Shown: positions 52,201 to 61,945, counted from the first letter of the stretch. The stretch: DNA of 64,000 bases from Terracidiphilus sp. (GCA_050010795.1 JBEKKI010000008.1:38222-102221), one strand, 5' to 3'. Made by a program: numbers and translations. Notes: generated by a model not told the origin, from the sequence alone.

Positions 52201-53170
52201 ACGCAAAATCCAGGGAAGTCCTTCGCCAGGGGGAGACGATGTGGGTACCTCCATTGCCGATTACCGCACTCGCTACGTTCTCCACGGAGGTGATAATGCA
52301 CTCCTCGCCTCGGTTTTCGAGGAAGTCGATTGCCGCCTGGATTTTCGGCCCCATCGACCCCGGTGGGAATTGGCCTGCCGCCAGATACTCGCGCGCCTGG
52401 TCCATGGTGATCGTGTCGAGCCATTTCTGGCTGGGCCGGCCATAGTCGAGCGCTACGCGATCAACTGATGTAACAATGACGAGCTTGTGAGCGCGCACGT
52501 GCGTCGCCAGCATGCTTGATGCCAGGTCCTTGTCGACAACGGCTTCCACACCCACTAAACGATCGTCTTCCCAGGCCACCGGAATCCCCCCGCCTCCGCA
52601 GGCGATCACGACGACGCCGGCGTCGAGCAGCGATGAGATCGCTTCGGCCTCTAGAATTTGCATCGGGAGTGGCGAAGGCACGACGCGACGGTAGCGTCCC
52701 GGAGAGACTTCGCGCATGATCCAGTCTGGCCTGTCGCTGCGGATGCCGGCCAGCTCGCTCGCGTCATAAAAAGACCCGATCGGCTTGCTCGGATGCTGGA
52801 AGTCCGGGTCGTCGCGATCCACGAGCACCTGGGTGATCAGCGTAGCCACTTCGCGCTTGATTCCCTCGCGACGGAACAACTCGCAAACCAGCCGCTGGAT
52901 CATGTAGCCCATGCCGCCCTGGCAATCGGCGTCGCAGGTGTCGAGCGGCAAGCGCGGAACGCGCCGCTCGCCCTCCTCGACGCGAATCAGGATGTTGCCG
53001 ATCTGCGGTCCGCTGCCGTGGGTGATGGCGATTCGTGAACCGGCGTGGAACAGGGGCTTGAGATGCTCGAGCGTCTCCGCAGTGTGGGCAAACTGCAAGG
53101 GAATGGTGCCGGGTTCGCCGGGCCTGGTAATGGCGTTACCGCCCAGGGCGATCACAAGAGTTTCGGTCAT
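52199..53170 (-). CDS. arcC: Carbamate kinase
   Basis: IALGGNAI, THGSGPQIG, QGGMGY, RRVVPSP, CGGGGIPV, EAVVDKDLAS, FPPGSMGPKI. Confidence 0.96.
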   Translation of the reverse strand: MTETLVIALGGNAITRPGEPGTIPLQFAHTAETLEHLKPLFHAGSRIAITHGSGPQIGNILIRVEEGERRVPRLPLDTCDADCQGGMGYMIQRLVCELFRREGIKREVATLITQVLVDRDDPDFQHPSKPIGSFYDASELAGIRSDRPDWIMREVSPGRYRRVVPSPLPMQILEAEAISSLLDAGVVVIACGGGGIPVAWEDDRLVGVEAVVDKDLASSMLATHVRAHKLVIVTSVDRVALDYGRPSQKWLDTITMDQAREYLAAGQFPPGSMGPKIQAAIDFLENRGEECIITSVENVASAVIGNGGTHIVSPWRRTSLDFA

Positions 53171-53174
53171 GGTC

Positions 53175-54203
53175 TTAAGATCCTGTCATCTCGTAAACAA
53201 CTTCTTGGTCCGACATCGTCAGTGCCATGATCGCCTTGGCGGTATGCAGGCGGTTTTCCGCTTCCTGGTACACCACAGATTGCGGGCCATCGATGACATC
53301 GTCCGTCACCTCGTTGCCCCGATCGGCGGGCAGCGGATGCATGTACAGAGCATTCTCCGCAGCCAATTTCATGCGCTCGTTGTTGCAAATCCAGTGCCGG
53401 TATCCCTCGGCGATCCGCAGGGACTCCTTGGGGTTCGTTCCCATGGTGTCGAGACAGCCCCAGCTCTTGGGAATCACGATGTCAGCGCCGCGAAACGCGT
53501 CGTCCATGTTGTCCACGATCTCGAACTTGGTTCCGGCGCGCCGCGCGTTCTCTCGCGCCGCCTCCACCGTCTCCGGCATCAGCGCGTACTCGGGTGGATG
53601 CGCCAGCACCACGTCCAGTCCAAAGCGCGGCATCAACATGATCAGTCCTTGCGGCACGCTGAGCGGCTTGGCGTAGCTCGGCGCATACGCCCACGATACC
53701 GCCAGCTTGCGTCCGCTCAGGTTCCGTCCGAGTTTCTCGCGGATTGTCATCAGGTCGGCCAGCGTCTGGCAGGGATGGTCGATGTCGCCCTGCATATTGA
53801 TCACCGGCACATCCGCCCAGCGCGCAACTTCGCGCATGTACGCGTTGCCCTCGCCCGGAATCAGGTCGTGACGGATGGCGATCGCGTGCCCGTAGCTGGA
53901 GAGAATGATTCCTGTGTCCTTCGCGCTTTCGCCATGCGAGACCTGCATGACATCGGTGGTCAAAAAATGGGCGTGGCCGCCAAGCTGCGTGATTCCCGCC
54001 TCAAACGAGTTGCGCGTGCGCGTGGATTTGTCGAAGAACATCAGAAAGATGGTCTGATCGGGCAAATAACGATGCGGAACGCGCCCTTTGAACTTGCGCT
54101 TCAAATCGGCGGATACGTCGAGCAGGATTTCGATCTCTGCTTCGCTGTATTCTTCCGTAGTGATGTAGTCCTTGCCCTTAAAGAGCGCCTTTCTCGTTTC
54201 CAA
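53175..54203 (-). CDS. ygeW: YgeW-like knotted carbamoyltransferase
   Basis: KSTRTR, HPCQTLAD, MHPLPADRG, and the YgeW-type loop SWAYAPSYAKPLSVPQG. Confidence 0.82.
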   Translation of the reverse strand: METRKALFKGKDYITTEEYSEAEIEILLDVSADLKRKFKGRVPHRYLPDQTIFLMFFDKSTRTRNSFEAGITQLGGHAHFLTTDVMQVSHGESAKDTGIILSSYGHAIAIRHDLIPGEGNAYMREVARWADVPVINMQGDIDHPCQTLADLMTIREKLGRNLSGRKLAVSWAYAPSYAKPLSVPQGLIMLMPRFGLDVVLAHPPEYALMPETVEAARENARRAGTKFEIVDNMDDAFRGADIVIPKSWGCLDTMGTNPKESLRIAEGYRHWICNNERMKLAAENALYMHPLPADRGNEVTDDVIDGPQSVVYQEAENRLHTAKAIMALTMSDQEVVYEMTGS

Positions 54204-54236
54204 CGCACACCTCTTCCTCGATAGCCTTCATTCCGT

Positions 54237-55463
54237 TCAGCCATTCTCGCCTTCGAGCGTCGTGACGTACGCCAGGGGGAAGGCAGCATAGAACTGCGCC
54301 GCTTCCACCAGGTGGCGGATCGGGACGCGTTCGATGACACTATGCGCGACGTCTTCTTCACCGGGACCGAAGCCGATGGTCGGCACGCCCATCATTCCCA
54401 TCGAGCCGACGCCGTTGGTGCTGAAGGTCCACTTGTCCACAACTGGATCGGCGTTGTGGAGCGTTCGATACGCCGCCACGGCCGAGCGCACGAGCAAATG
54501 GTCTTCTTCGAGCACCCACGTTGGATAGTACTTCTGCATCGGATACGTGAGTCCGGTATAGCTGGGCGTCTCGTACTGCAACACCTCGATCTCCGCGCCT
54601 TGCGCCGCCGGCAGGGCTTTCACCTCGGCGACCGCGCTCTCGAGCGTCTCCCCGGCGGTCAGCCGGCGGTCAAGATGGATGGAGCATGCGCCCGGCACCG
54701 CGCACAGGGAAGGAGACATCGAGCGAATCTCGGTGACGGCGATTGTTCCCTTGCCGAGAAACGCATCGTCGCGCAAACGCGTGTTCAACTCCTCGATCTG
54801 CGCGATCATCGGGACTATCTTGTAAATCGGATTGTCGCCGCGCTCCGGCGCGCTGGCATGACACGAACGTCCGCGTATGTGAACCTCGATCTCCATGCGT
54901 CCGCGGTGTCCGCGGTACACGCGCAGATTGGTTGGCTCCGTGAGCACTACGCAGTCCGGCCGGATACCGTCCTCCTTGAGAATGTAGACCCACGCCAGGC
55001 CGTCGCAGTCTTCTTCCTGCACCGATCCCACGATCCACAAAGTGTAGTCGCCTTCCAGTTCCAAATCCTTGATCATCTTGCCCGCGTAAACCATGCTGGC
55101 CATGCCGGCGCGTTGATCGCTGGCGCCGCGTCCGTAGATGAAACCGTCCTCCACTTTGCCCTTGTACGGGTCCCAGGCCCATTCCTTCGGATCGCCAACG
55201 CCGACGGTGTCGGTGTGCGCGTCCATCATGATCACGTGTTTGCCTGAGCCGATGCGTCCCAGCACGTTGCCTATGGCATCAATGCGGATTTCGTCGAAGC
55301 CCACGCATTCCATCTCCTGCTTGATGCGCTGAACCACGGGACCTTCGTGGGAACTTTCGCCGGGAATGGCGACTAGGTCGCGCAGAAAGCGGACCATGTC
55401 CGCTTCCAGCGCGTTTGCGGCGGCGAGTAAACGGGCGGAGTCAATCGTAGTTTTATCAGGCAT
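54237..55463 (-). CDS. ygeY: YgeY-family M20 hydrolase
   Basis: MDAHTDTVG, GRGASDQRAG, VQEEDCDG, RGHRGRMEI, KWTFSTNG, GFGPGEE. Confidence 0.92.
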   Translation of the reverse strand: MPDKTTIDSARLLAAANALEADMVRFLRDLVAIPGESSHEGPVVQRIKQEMECVGFDEIRIDAIGNVLGRIGSGKHVIMMDAHTDTVGVGDPKEWAWDPYKGKVEDGFIYGRGASDQRAGMASMVYAGKMIKDLELEGDYTLWIVGSVQEEDCDGLAWVYILKEDGIRPDCVVLTEPTNLRVYRGHRGRMEIEVHIRGRSCHASAPERGDNPIYKIVPMIAQIEELNTRLRDDAFLGKGTIAVTEIRSMSPSLCAVPGACSIHLDRRLTAGETLESAVAEVKALPAAQGAEIEVLQYETPSYTGLTYPMQKYYPTWVLEEDHLLVRSAVAAYRTLHNADPVVDKWTFSTNGVGSMGMMGVPTIGFGPGEEDVAHSVIERVPIRHLVEAAQFYAAFPLAYVTTLEGENG

Positions 55464-55492
55464 GTTGATGACCTGCTGTTCGCGTTCTTGAT

Positions 55493-58078
55493 TCAGCACG
55501 GTTGTAATGCTCCTTTCTTGTTGCGACTGCGGCTGTAAGGCGTGTCGGCGAGCGGCAGGCTCGTGCGCAGCTTTCCGTCCCGCTGCCAATACGCGCACGC
55601 AATGGCCGGCGCCGTCGGAATGCTCACAATTTCGCCGATGCCCTTGGCGCCGTACGCCAACTCGGCCCGGTTCTTCTCGATAATCCGGCACTCGATCTCC
55701 GGCGTCTCGGTCGAGCGCAGAAGGCCGATCGTTCCGAACTTGACTGCAGGTGCGCCATTCTTTACAGCGAACTCTTCGGTCAGCGCATAGCCCATCCCCA
55801 TCACCACGCCGCCTTCGATCTGCCCCTCCACGCCATTCGGATTGATGGCCCGCCCTACGTCGTGCGCTGCCACCACCTTCATCACTTTGCCTGCCTCGTC
55901 AAGCAGCACCACCTGCGTCGCGTATCCGTACGATACGTGGCTCATGCGGTGCGGCTTGTCGCTCGTCATCGGGTCGGTCACGCAGTCGTACTCGCCGTGG
56001 AACTCTTGGCCCTCCAATTCCGCCAGCGCGTGACGGTTCAACTGCCGCCTAAGCTCGAGCGCCGCCCTTCGCGCCGCCTCGCCCGTAATCGTTGTCTGCC
56101 GCGAAGCAGTGCTGGTGCCGCTGTCCGGCGTCACGCTGGTGTCAGGCGCATGCACCGTGAGCATTGACTTGTCGACGCCCGCCGTTTCCGAGACAATCTG
56201 CAGCACCACCGTCGCGATCCCTTGACCCATGCACGCCGCGCTGGTCGAGATCGTCACCCGTCCGCCCTCCACTTTCAGCTTCACGCGGCCTACGTCCTTC
56301 ACCCCCACGCCCTTGCCTGTGTTCTTGAACGCGCACGCAATCCCCGCGTCGGGATGCGCATCGATCACGTCCTTCACGGCGAGCAGTGTCTCCTTCAGCG
56401 CCGTCCCCTCATCGGCGATCTGCCCGTTTGAAAGCACGCCGCCCGCCTCGATCGCGTTGCGGTAACGAATCTCCCACGGCGAAATTCCTGCCGCGTGCGC
56501 CAGCAGATTCAGGTTGCTCTCCATCGCGAAACACGTCTGTGTCACGCCGAACCCGCGCATCGCGCCCGACGGAATGTTGTTGGTGTAGATCGCCCGTCCC
56601 TCGATGTCGACATTCTCGATCCGGTACGGTCCAGCCGCGTGCGTGCACGCCCGCTGCAGCACCGGCCCGCCCAGCGACGCATACGCTCCCGTATCTGCCA
56701 CAATCCGCACCCGCGCCGCGGTCAGCTTGCCGTTCTCATCGCACGCCGTCGTGCATTCAATCTCCATCGGGTGCCGCTTGGGATGCACGCGCAGGCTCTC
56801 ATCGCGGCTCAGGGTCAGCTTCACGGGCCGTCCGCTCTTCCAGGCCAGCAGCGCCGCGTGATGCTGAACCGACATGTCTTCCTTCCCGCCAAACCCTCCG
56901 CCAACGAACTTGCTAACGACCCTCACCTTCTCGCCTTCCACTCCCAGCGTCCGCACAATCTCGCGATGATCGTCGTACACGCTTTGTCCCGCGGTATACA
57001 CCGTCAGCGATCCGGGCGCTCCCGGCACGGCCAGCGCACTCTCCGGCTCCAGAAACGCATGCTCCTGCCGCGGCGTGGAATAGCGCTGCGTCACCACATG
57101 CCTGGCCGCAGCAATCGCCCGCTCCGCATCGCCCCGCTTCAACACCGTCGTCGCCAGCACATTTCCTTCGAGATGCAGCTGCGGCGCTCCCTCAGCTAAT
57201 GCCGCCTGCGGTGAAAGCAGCGGCTCGCGCTCTTCGTATTCCACGCGGACAAGCTCGATCGCCTTCCTCGCCGCCTCCTTCGTTGTTGCCGCCACCAGGG
57301 CGAGCGCATCGCCCACGTATCGCGTCTCTTCTCCTTCGGCAATCATCACCGGCCAGTCGTAGACCACGTGCCCCAGCATTCGCTCGCCCGGCACGTCGCG
57401 CGCCGTCAGCACAATTTCAACGCCGGGCAGCGCCCGCGCCGCCGCCGCATCGATCCGCTTCACCAGCGCCCGCGGAAACCTCGCCCGCAGCACGGCGCCA
57501 TGCAACATGCCCTCCACGTGCATGTCATCGACAAATTCGCCCGTCCCCAGCAGCTTCTCTTTTGCTTCCGCACGCACCGTGCGCTCGCCCACGCGCGCTC
57601 CCGCCGCCTCCACGTCATGCACCCTGCCGTTGGCCAGAGCCCCCGCAGCCAGTTGAATCGCCCGCTCCACCTTCGCGTATCCCGTGCAGCGGCACAGGTT
57701 GTAGCGGATCGCCGACTTCACCTCCGCCGCTGTCGGCGCGGGATTCGCGTCCAGCAAAGCCTTCGCGCTCATCACCATGCCCGGCATGCAGAATCCGCAC
57801 TGCACCGCGCCCACTTCGCCGAAGGCCCACGCATACACCTCGCGCTCCCGCGGCGAAAGCCCCTCCACCGTCATCACCGATTTCCCGTGTACCCTGGCCA
57901 CAGTGAGCGTGCACGCGCGTGCCGCCTTGCCGTTCACGATCACGGAGCACGACCCGCACACTCCGTCGCCGCATCCGTTTTTGACTGAAGTCAGGCGCGC
58001 GTCCTCGCGCAGGTATTCGATCAGACTCTTGTCCGTCTCTGCCGCGGCCTCCCGCTGGTTTAGCGTGAAGCGGAACAT
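55493..58078 (-). CDS. Single-chain molybdenum hydroxylase (2Fe-2S plus Mo domains), selenium-dependent xanthine dehydrogenase type
   Basis: CGDGVCGSC, VQCGFC, CRCTGY, QEHAFLEPE, GGGFGGKED, AMRGFG, GAKGIGE. No FAD domain. Confidence 0.9.
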   Translation of the reverse strand: MFRFTLNQREAAAETDKSLIEYLREDARLTSVKNGCGDGVCGSCSVIVNGKAARACTLTVARVHGKSVMTVEGLSPREREVYAWAFGEVGAVQCGFCMPGMVMSAKALLDANPAPTAAEVKSAIRYNLCRCTGYAKVERAIQLAAGALANGRVHDVEAAGARVGERTVRAEAKEKLLGTGEFVDDMHVEGMLHGAVLRARFPRALVKRIDAAAARALPGVEIVLTARDVPGERMLGHVVYDWPVMIAEGEETRYVGDALALVAATTKEAARKAIELVRVEYEEREPLLSPQAALAEGAPQLHLEGNVLATTVLKRGDAERAIAAARHVVTQRYSTPRQEHAFLEPESALAVPGAPGSLTVYTAGQSVYDDHREIVRTLGVEGEKVRVVSKFVGGGFGGKEDMSVQHHAALLAWKSGRPVKLTLSRDESLRVHPKRHPMEIECTTACDENGKLTAARVRIVADTGAYASLGGPVLQRACTHAAGPYRIENVDIEGRAIYTNNIPSGAMRGFGVTQTCFAMESNLNLLAHAAGISPWEIRYRNAIEAGGVLSNGQIADEGTALKETLLAVKDVIDAHPDAGIACAFKNTGKGVGVKDVGRVKLKVEGGRVTISTSAACMGQGIATVVLQIVSETAGVDKSMLTVHAPDTSVTPDSGTSTASRQTTITGEAARRAALELRRQLNRHALAELEGQEFHGEYDCVTDPMTSDKPHRMSHVSYGYATQVVLLDEAGKVMKVVAAHDVGRAINPNGVEGQIEGGVVMGMGYALTEEFAVKNGAPAVKFGTIGLLRSTETPEIECRIIEKNRAELAYGAKGIGEIVSIPTAPAIACAYWQRDGKLRTSLPLADTPYSRSRNKKGALQPC

Positions 58079-59466
58079 TTTGCATGCTCCTCTTGAACGG
58101 CCGGCCGGTGTGCGCAAATCTTCTCGTTATACTCGCGCACCTTGGCGTATTGCGCGTCCCAAAAGCTCTGGCTGCGCATCGAGTCGAGAAACTCCTTCGT
58201 GTAACCGAACTTCAGCCAATCGTTTTCCTTTTGCTTGAAGAGCCGCTCTTTCGTCTCCGCCTTGCGAAAGTCAAAGACCTCGTCGCTTGACGCGTCGAGA
58301 AAGATGTCGCTCGCCCAACGGTCCAGCACCGTTGGTGTCAGCTCCAGGTAGCGGCCCTCCAGGTCGCGCAGCACGGAGTGGTAACGGTCAAACCCATCCG
58401 TTGCCACCGTCACCACGTTGTCCCCTGGGCCCAGCCGCAGATATTTCGCCAGCTTGATCGCGCCCAGCACGTTGCACACGCCCGACGGCCCGAACAGTTC
58501 CCGCAGTCCCAGCGCAAACTCCCGTTCCACGCCCATCCGCACCATGGTCTCCAGTCCGTCGTGGAAGATCTTCACGCCCTGCACCGTCTCTTCGTCCCTG
58601 ATCAGAATCACGAAGTCGGTATTGAGCACGTTGTGAATCAGCGTGCACATCTTGTCGCCGATGCCCTCGATGCGATGCTGCCCGCGGCCTCCGGTCGCCA
58701 GCGTGGAGCACTCATACGGCTCCAGTGCGGCCACCTTCGCCTCTGGAAACATCGCCTTGATCTGATCGCCCGCTGCAATCGTCCCCGCCGAGCCCGGCGC
58801 CGAGACAAAACCCGCGATCCGCCCGTTGCCCACGCCCTTTACCGCATCAGCTGCGCTCCCGCCCGTGACGTGCCGGTGAAACCGGTAGTTCGGGAACAGC
58901 TCGAATTGCGCCAGCGCCTTGTTTTTGGGGTTCTTCATCAGCTCGCGCGTTTTTTCGAGCGTCAGGATCACGTCCGACTCCGTGCCCGGCGTCAGCTCCA
59001 GTTCTCCTCCGTACTTCCTGATGCGCTCGTAACGCTCCTTGCTCATGTTGTCCGGCATGATCACGATCGCGCGGAAGCCCAGCAGCTTCGAGATGTACGC
59101 GGTCCCAATGCCGAAATTGCCCGTCGACGGCCCCAGTATCGTGTGCTCGCCCGGCACGATCTCTCCATCCACCAGCGCTTCCATCAGCGTCGAGTACGCC
59201 GCGCCTACCTTGTGCGAACCGGAAGGAAATCGGTTCCCGAGCATCACCACCACGTTCGCGGCCACGCCCGTCAGCGCCGAGGGCAGCACCACCTTCCGCA
59301 TCTCGTTGGCCGCATCGCGCCAGTTGATGTTGAACAGATTGATCGGATCGAGCTCGTCCTTGTCGAGCGCCTCAAGCGCCCTTGCGCGCACGCTCTTATC
59401 GATCAATCCCGGGTTGAGCATCTCGTCGTAACTGGGACCCATCGGAACTTTCGCCATCGTTCTCAC
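58060..59466 (-). CDS. Fold-type-II PLP enzyme (cysteine-synthase-like) of unknown function
   Basis: PSGSHKVG (PLP Lys), STGNFG, PGSAGT phosphate loop, HRIEGIG. C-terminal extension of roughly 90 aa. Confidence 0.82.
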   Translation of the reverse strand: MRTMAKVPMGPSYDEMLNPGLIDKSVRARALEALDKDELDPINLFNINWRDAANEMRKVVLPSALTGVAANVVVMLGNRFPSGSHKVGAAYSTLMEALVDGEIVPGEHTILGPSTGNFGIGTAYISKLLGFRAIVIMPDNMSKERYERIRKYGGELELTPGTESDVILTLEKTRELMKNPKNKALAQFELFPNYRFHRHVTGGSAADAVKGVGNGRIAGFVSAPGSAGTIAAGDQIKAMFPEAKVAALEPYECSTLATGGRGQHRIEGIGDKMCTLIHNVLNTDFVILIRDEETVQGVKIFHDGLETMVRMGVEREFALGLRELFGPSGVCNVLGAIKLAKYLRLGPGDNVVTVATDGFDRYHSVLRDLEGRYLELTPTVLDRWASDIFLDASSDEVFDFRKAETKERLFKQKENDWLKFGYTKEFLDSMRSQSFWDAQYAKVREYNEKICAHRPAVQEEHAKCSASR

Positions 59467-59547
59467 TTTCCCTTCCTTCTATCCGACCTAAATCCTTAAA
59501 TCGCAGTGGGTGCCACAGGTCTCGATTTTGAGACCTGGGTTATAAAG

Positions 59548-60804
59548 TCAACTCGCCGCTGCCGCAGCCACCGCTTCCCGAACCTCATCCATCTCCGGCC
59601 GCACCGCAATCGGGCGGCCCACGGCGCGCATCGCGCTTTGCACGTCCTTCAATCCATTCCCCGTCATCACCAGAACCGCGCTCTCGCTGTGGCCTATCAC
59701 GCCCGACGCGACGGCCCGCCGCACGCCCGCCGCACAAGCCACACCCGCGGGTTCGCCAAACACGCCCGTTCTTCGTGCCACGAGCGTCATCGCTTCAAGA
59801 ATCTCTGCGTCCGATACCGCGATGAACGCGCCGCCCGACTCGTTGACGGCGCGCATGCCTTTGGCAAAGTTCCGCGGATGCCCCACGGCGATCGAATCGG
59901 CAAGCGTGTTCCCCTCACATGGCGTGAGCGCGCTTCGATCGCGCCACGCCGTAACAAACGGCTGGCAGCCCTCGGCCTGCACTCCCAGAACACGCGGCAG
60001 GCGCTCCAGAATCCCCAATCGGCACATTTCCCTCAGCCCCGACCACACGCCGCCGATCGTGCATCCATCGCCCACCGATACCACCACCCAATCGGGAAAT
60101 CTGCCGTCCCCGATCCGCGAAAACTGCTCCGCCATCTCCAGCGAAACTGTCTTCTTGCCCTCGATCAGGTATGGGTTCACGGCGCAGTTGCGGTTGTACC
60201 AGCCGAACTCCGCGCTGGCATTCATGCACAGTTCCCATGCCTCGTCGTATGTGCCCTGCACCTGGAAAACTCGCGCTCCGTACACCAGCAGTTGCGCCAC
60301 CTTGGCCTCCGGCGCGCGTGCCGGAACAAAAATCGTCGCCGCAATCCCCGCTGCCGCCGCCATGCCTGCCAACGACGACGCTGCGTTGCCTGTCGACGCG
60401 CACGTCACCTGCGCCGCCTTCCGCTCCAGCGCCTTCACCACGCCCAGCGCGCTCGCGCGATCCTTGAACGACGCCGTCGGGTTCCGTCCCTCATCCTTCA
60501 CCCAGCACCGCGCCACTCCCAATTCGCTCGCCAGCCGCGGCGCATCGTAGAGCGGTGTCCAACCCACCTGCAGGTGCGGAATCAACTCCGGCGACGCCAC
60601 GGGCAGCAGCGGCAGATAGCGCCACATCGAAAGCTCGCTATTTCCCTTGAGCGTGTCCGCATTCAGCTCCCGCCGCACCGCTTCGTAGTCGTACTCCACA
60701 TCCAGAATGCCCTCGTGATATCCGCAGGCAGGGCAGTAGTATTCCGCCTCCAGTGTCGAGTACGTTCGCCCGCAATGAATGCATCTGAGTCCCGTAACGT
60801 GCAT
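59548..60804 (-). CDS. Threonine-synthase-like PLP enzyme with N-terminal Zn ribbon
   Basis: CIHC/CPAC, VGWTPL, NPTASFKDR, ASTGNAASS, SVGDG, EPAG, TGNGLKD. Confidence 0.85.
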   Translation of the reverse strand: MHVTGLRCIHCGRTYSTLEAEYYCPACGYHEGILDVEYDYEAVRRELNADTLKGNSELSMWRYLPLLPVASPELIPHLQVGWTPLYDAPRLASELGVARCWVKDEGRNPTASFKDRASALGVVKALERKAAQVTCASTGNAASSLAGMAAAAGIAATIFVPARAPEAKVAQLLVYGARVFQVQGTYDEAWELCMNASAEFGWYNRNCAVNPYLIEGKKTVSLEMAEQFSRIGDGRFPDWVVVSVGDGCTIGGVWSGLREMCRLGILERLPRVLGVQAEGCQPFVTAWRDRSALTPCEGNTLADSIAVGHPRNFAKGMRAVNESGGAFIAVSDAEILEAMTLVARRTGVFGEPAGVACAAGVRRAVASGVIGHSESAVLVMTGNGLKDVQSAMRAVGRPIAVRPEMDEVREAVAAAAAS

Positions 60805-60850
60805 CGGTCTCTCTCCGTATCTACGGCGCGCCTCCGGCTCGGGAGCCCGC

Positions 60851-61945
60851 TTACCGAGGCATCGTGATCGCCCGCAGCTTGCAGCGCGTAATGCACAGCC
60901 CGCACTTCGCGCACTTCTCCTCGTCGATTTCCACGATCCTCGCGTTCTTGTCCATGCGAATCGCGCCATACCCGCAGCTCTTCTCGCAGATCCCGCAAAG
61001 AGCGCAGTGCTCCATATTCACTTTCGGCGCGGTCTCCATGTGTGGTGCGCCGCATTGCCGCATCATGCGCACCGTGAGCCCGCTGATCTCGTCCACTGAC
61101 TTGTAATCATGCTCGTCGAGAAACTCATTCAGCTCGCGAGCGATCCTCCCGTACACCGTCGGCCCGCGCAGAATCGCCTCCGTGCACACCTCGACGGCCA
61201 GCGCGCCTGCCATCAGCATCTCCGCCGCGTCGCGCCCGTTGCTGATGCCGCCCACGCCGACAATCGGAATCTTCACCGCCCGCGCCGCGTCGTACACGCA
61301 GCGCAGTGCCAGCGGCTTGATCGCAGTGCCCGACAGCCACCCGAACCCGTCCTTGCTCCCCATCAGCGGCAGCCCGGTTTCGATGTCGATGCTCAGGCAC
61401 GGCCCGAATGAGTTGATCATCACCAGCGCATCCGCGCCCGCATCCTCCAGCGCCAGCGCCAGCTCCTGGATGTTCGGGTGCGGGCTCAGCTTCATGAACA
61501 CCGGCACATCCACCGCTTCCTTGGCCGCGCGCAGCGCATCGATGATCGGCCCGATATTCGTTCCCACATAGTGCGTCGAAAGCTCCAGCGCATCGGCAAA
61601 CGGCTTCACCATGGGCGCCAGCTCCCGGATCTGCCTGGCCGTGTACCCCAGGCCCACAATCACCGGCAGGCCCGTCGCCCGCGCCAGCTTGTACTCGGAT
61701 TCGATCCACTGTTCTTTGGGTAGCTCTGACCACAGTTCGGCGTTCAAGAATCCGCCGCGAATCTCCGCCATGCATGGCTGCGGCACCTCGGCCGGGGCGG
61801 CGGAAATGGTTTTGGTCACGAGCCCGCCGGCGCCGCCGCTCGCAGCCGCCTCGAGCGCTGCGCCGTCTTTCGAAGGCGGTCCTGCCGCAGGCAGAATCGG
61901 ATTCCTGAATTCCAGACCGCAGATATTGACGCGTAGATTTGCCAT
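60851..61945 (-). CDS. PreA/DHODH-like FMN TIM-barrel protein with C-terminal 2x[4Fe-4S]
   Basis: FRNPILPAAGP, VTKTI, MKLSP, LSGTAIKPLALR, GVGGIS, CALCGICEKSC and CAKCGLCITRC. Confidence 0.88.
   Translation of the reverse strand: MANLRVNICGLEFRNPILPAAGPPSKDGAALEAAASGGAGGLVTKTISAAPAEVPQPCMAEIRGGFLNAELWSELPKEQWIESEYKLARATGLPVIVGLGYTARQIRELAPMVKPFADALELSTHYVGTNIGPIIDALRAAKEAVDVPVFMKLSPHPNIQELALALEDAGADALVMINSFGPCLSIDIETGLPLMGSKDGFGWLSGTAIKPLALRCVYDAARAVKIPIVGVGGISNGRDAAEMLMAGALAVEVCTEAILRGPTVYGRIARELNEFLDEHDYKSVDEISGLTVRMMRQCGAPHMETAPKVNMEHCALCGICEKSCGYGAIRMDKNARIVEIDEEKCAKCGLCITRCKLRAITMPR

Noticed and set aside
52199-54203. Arginine deiminase pathway (arcB-arcC)
   Set aside because: No arcA or arcD. 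The transcarbamylase has the YgeW loop and is adjacent to ygeY.
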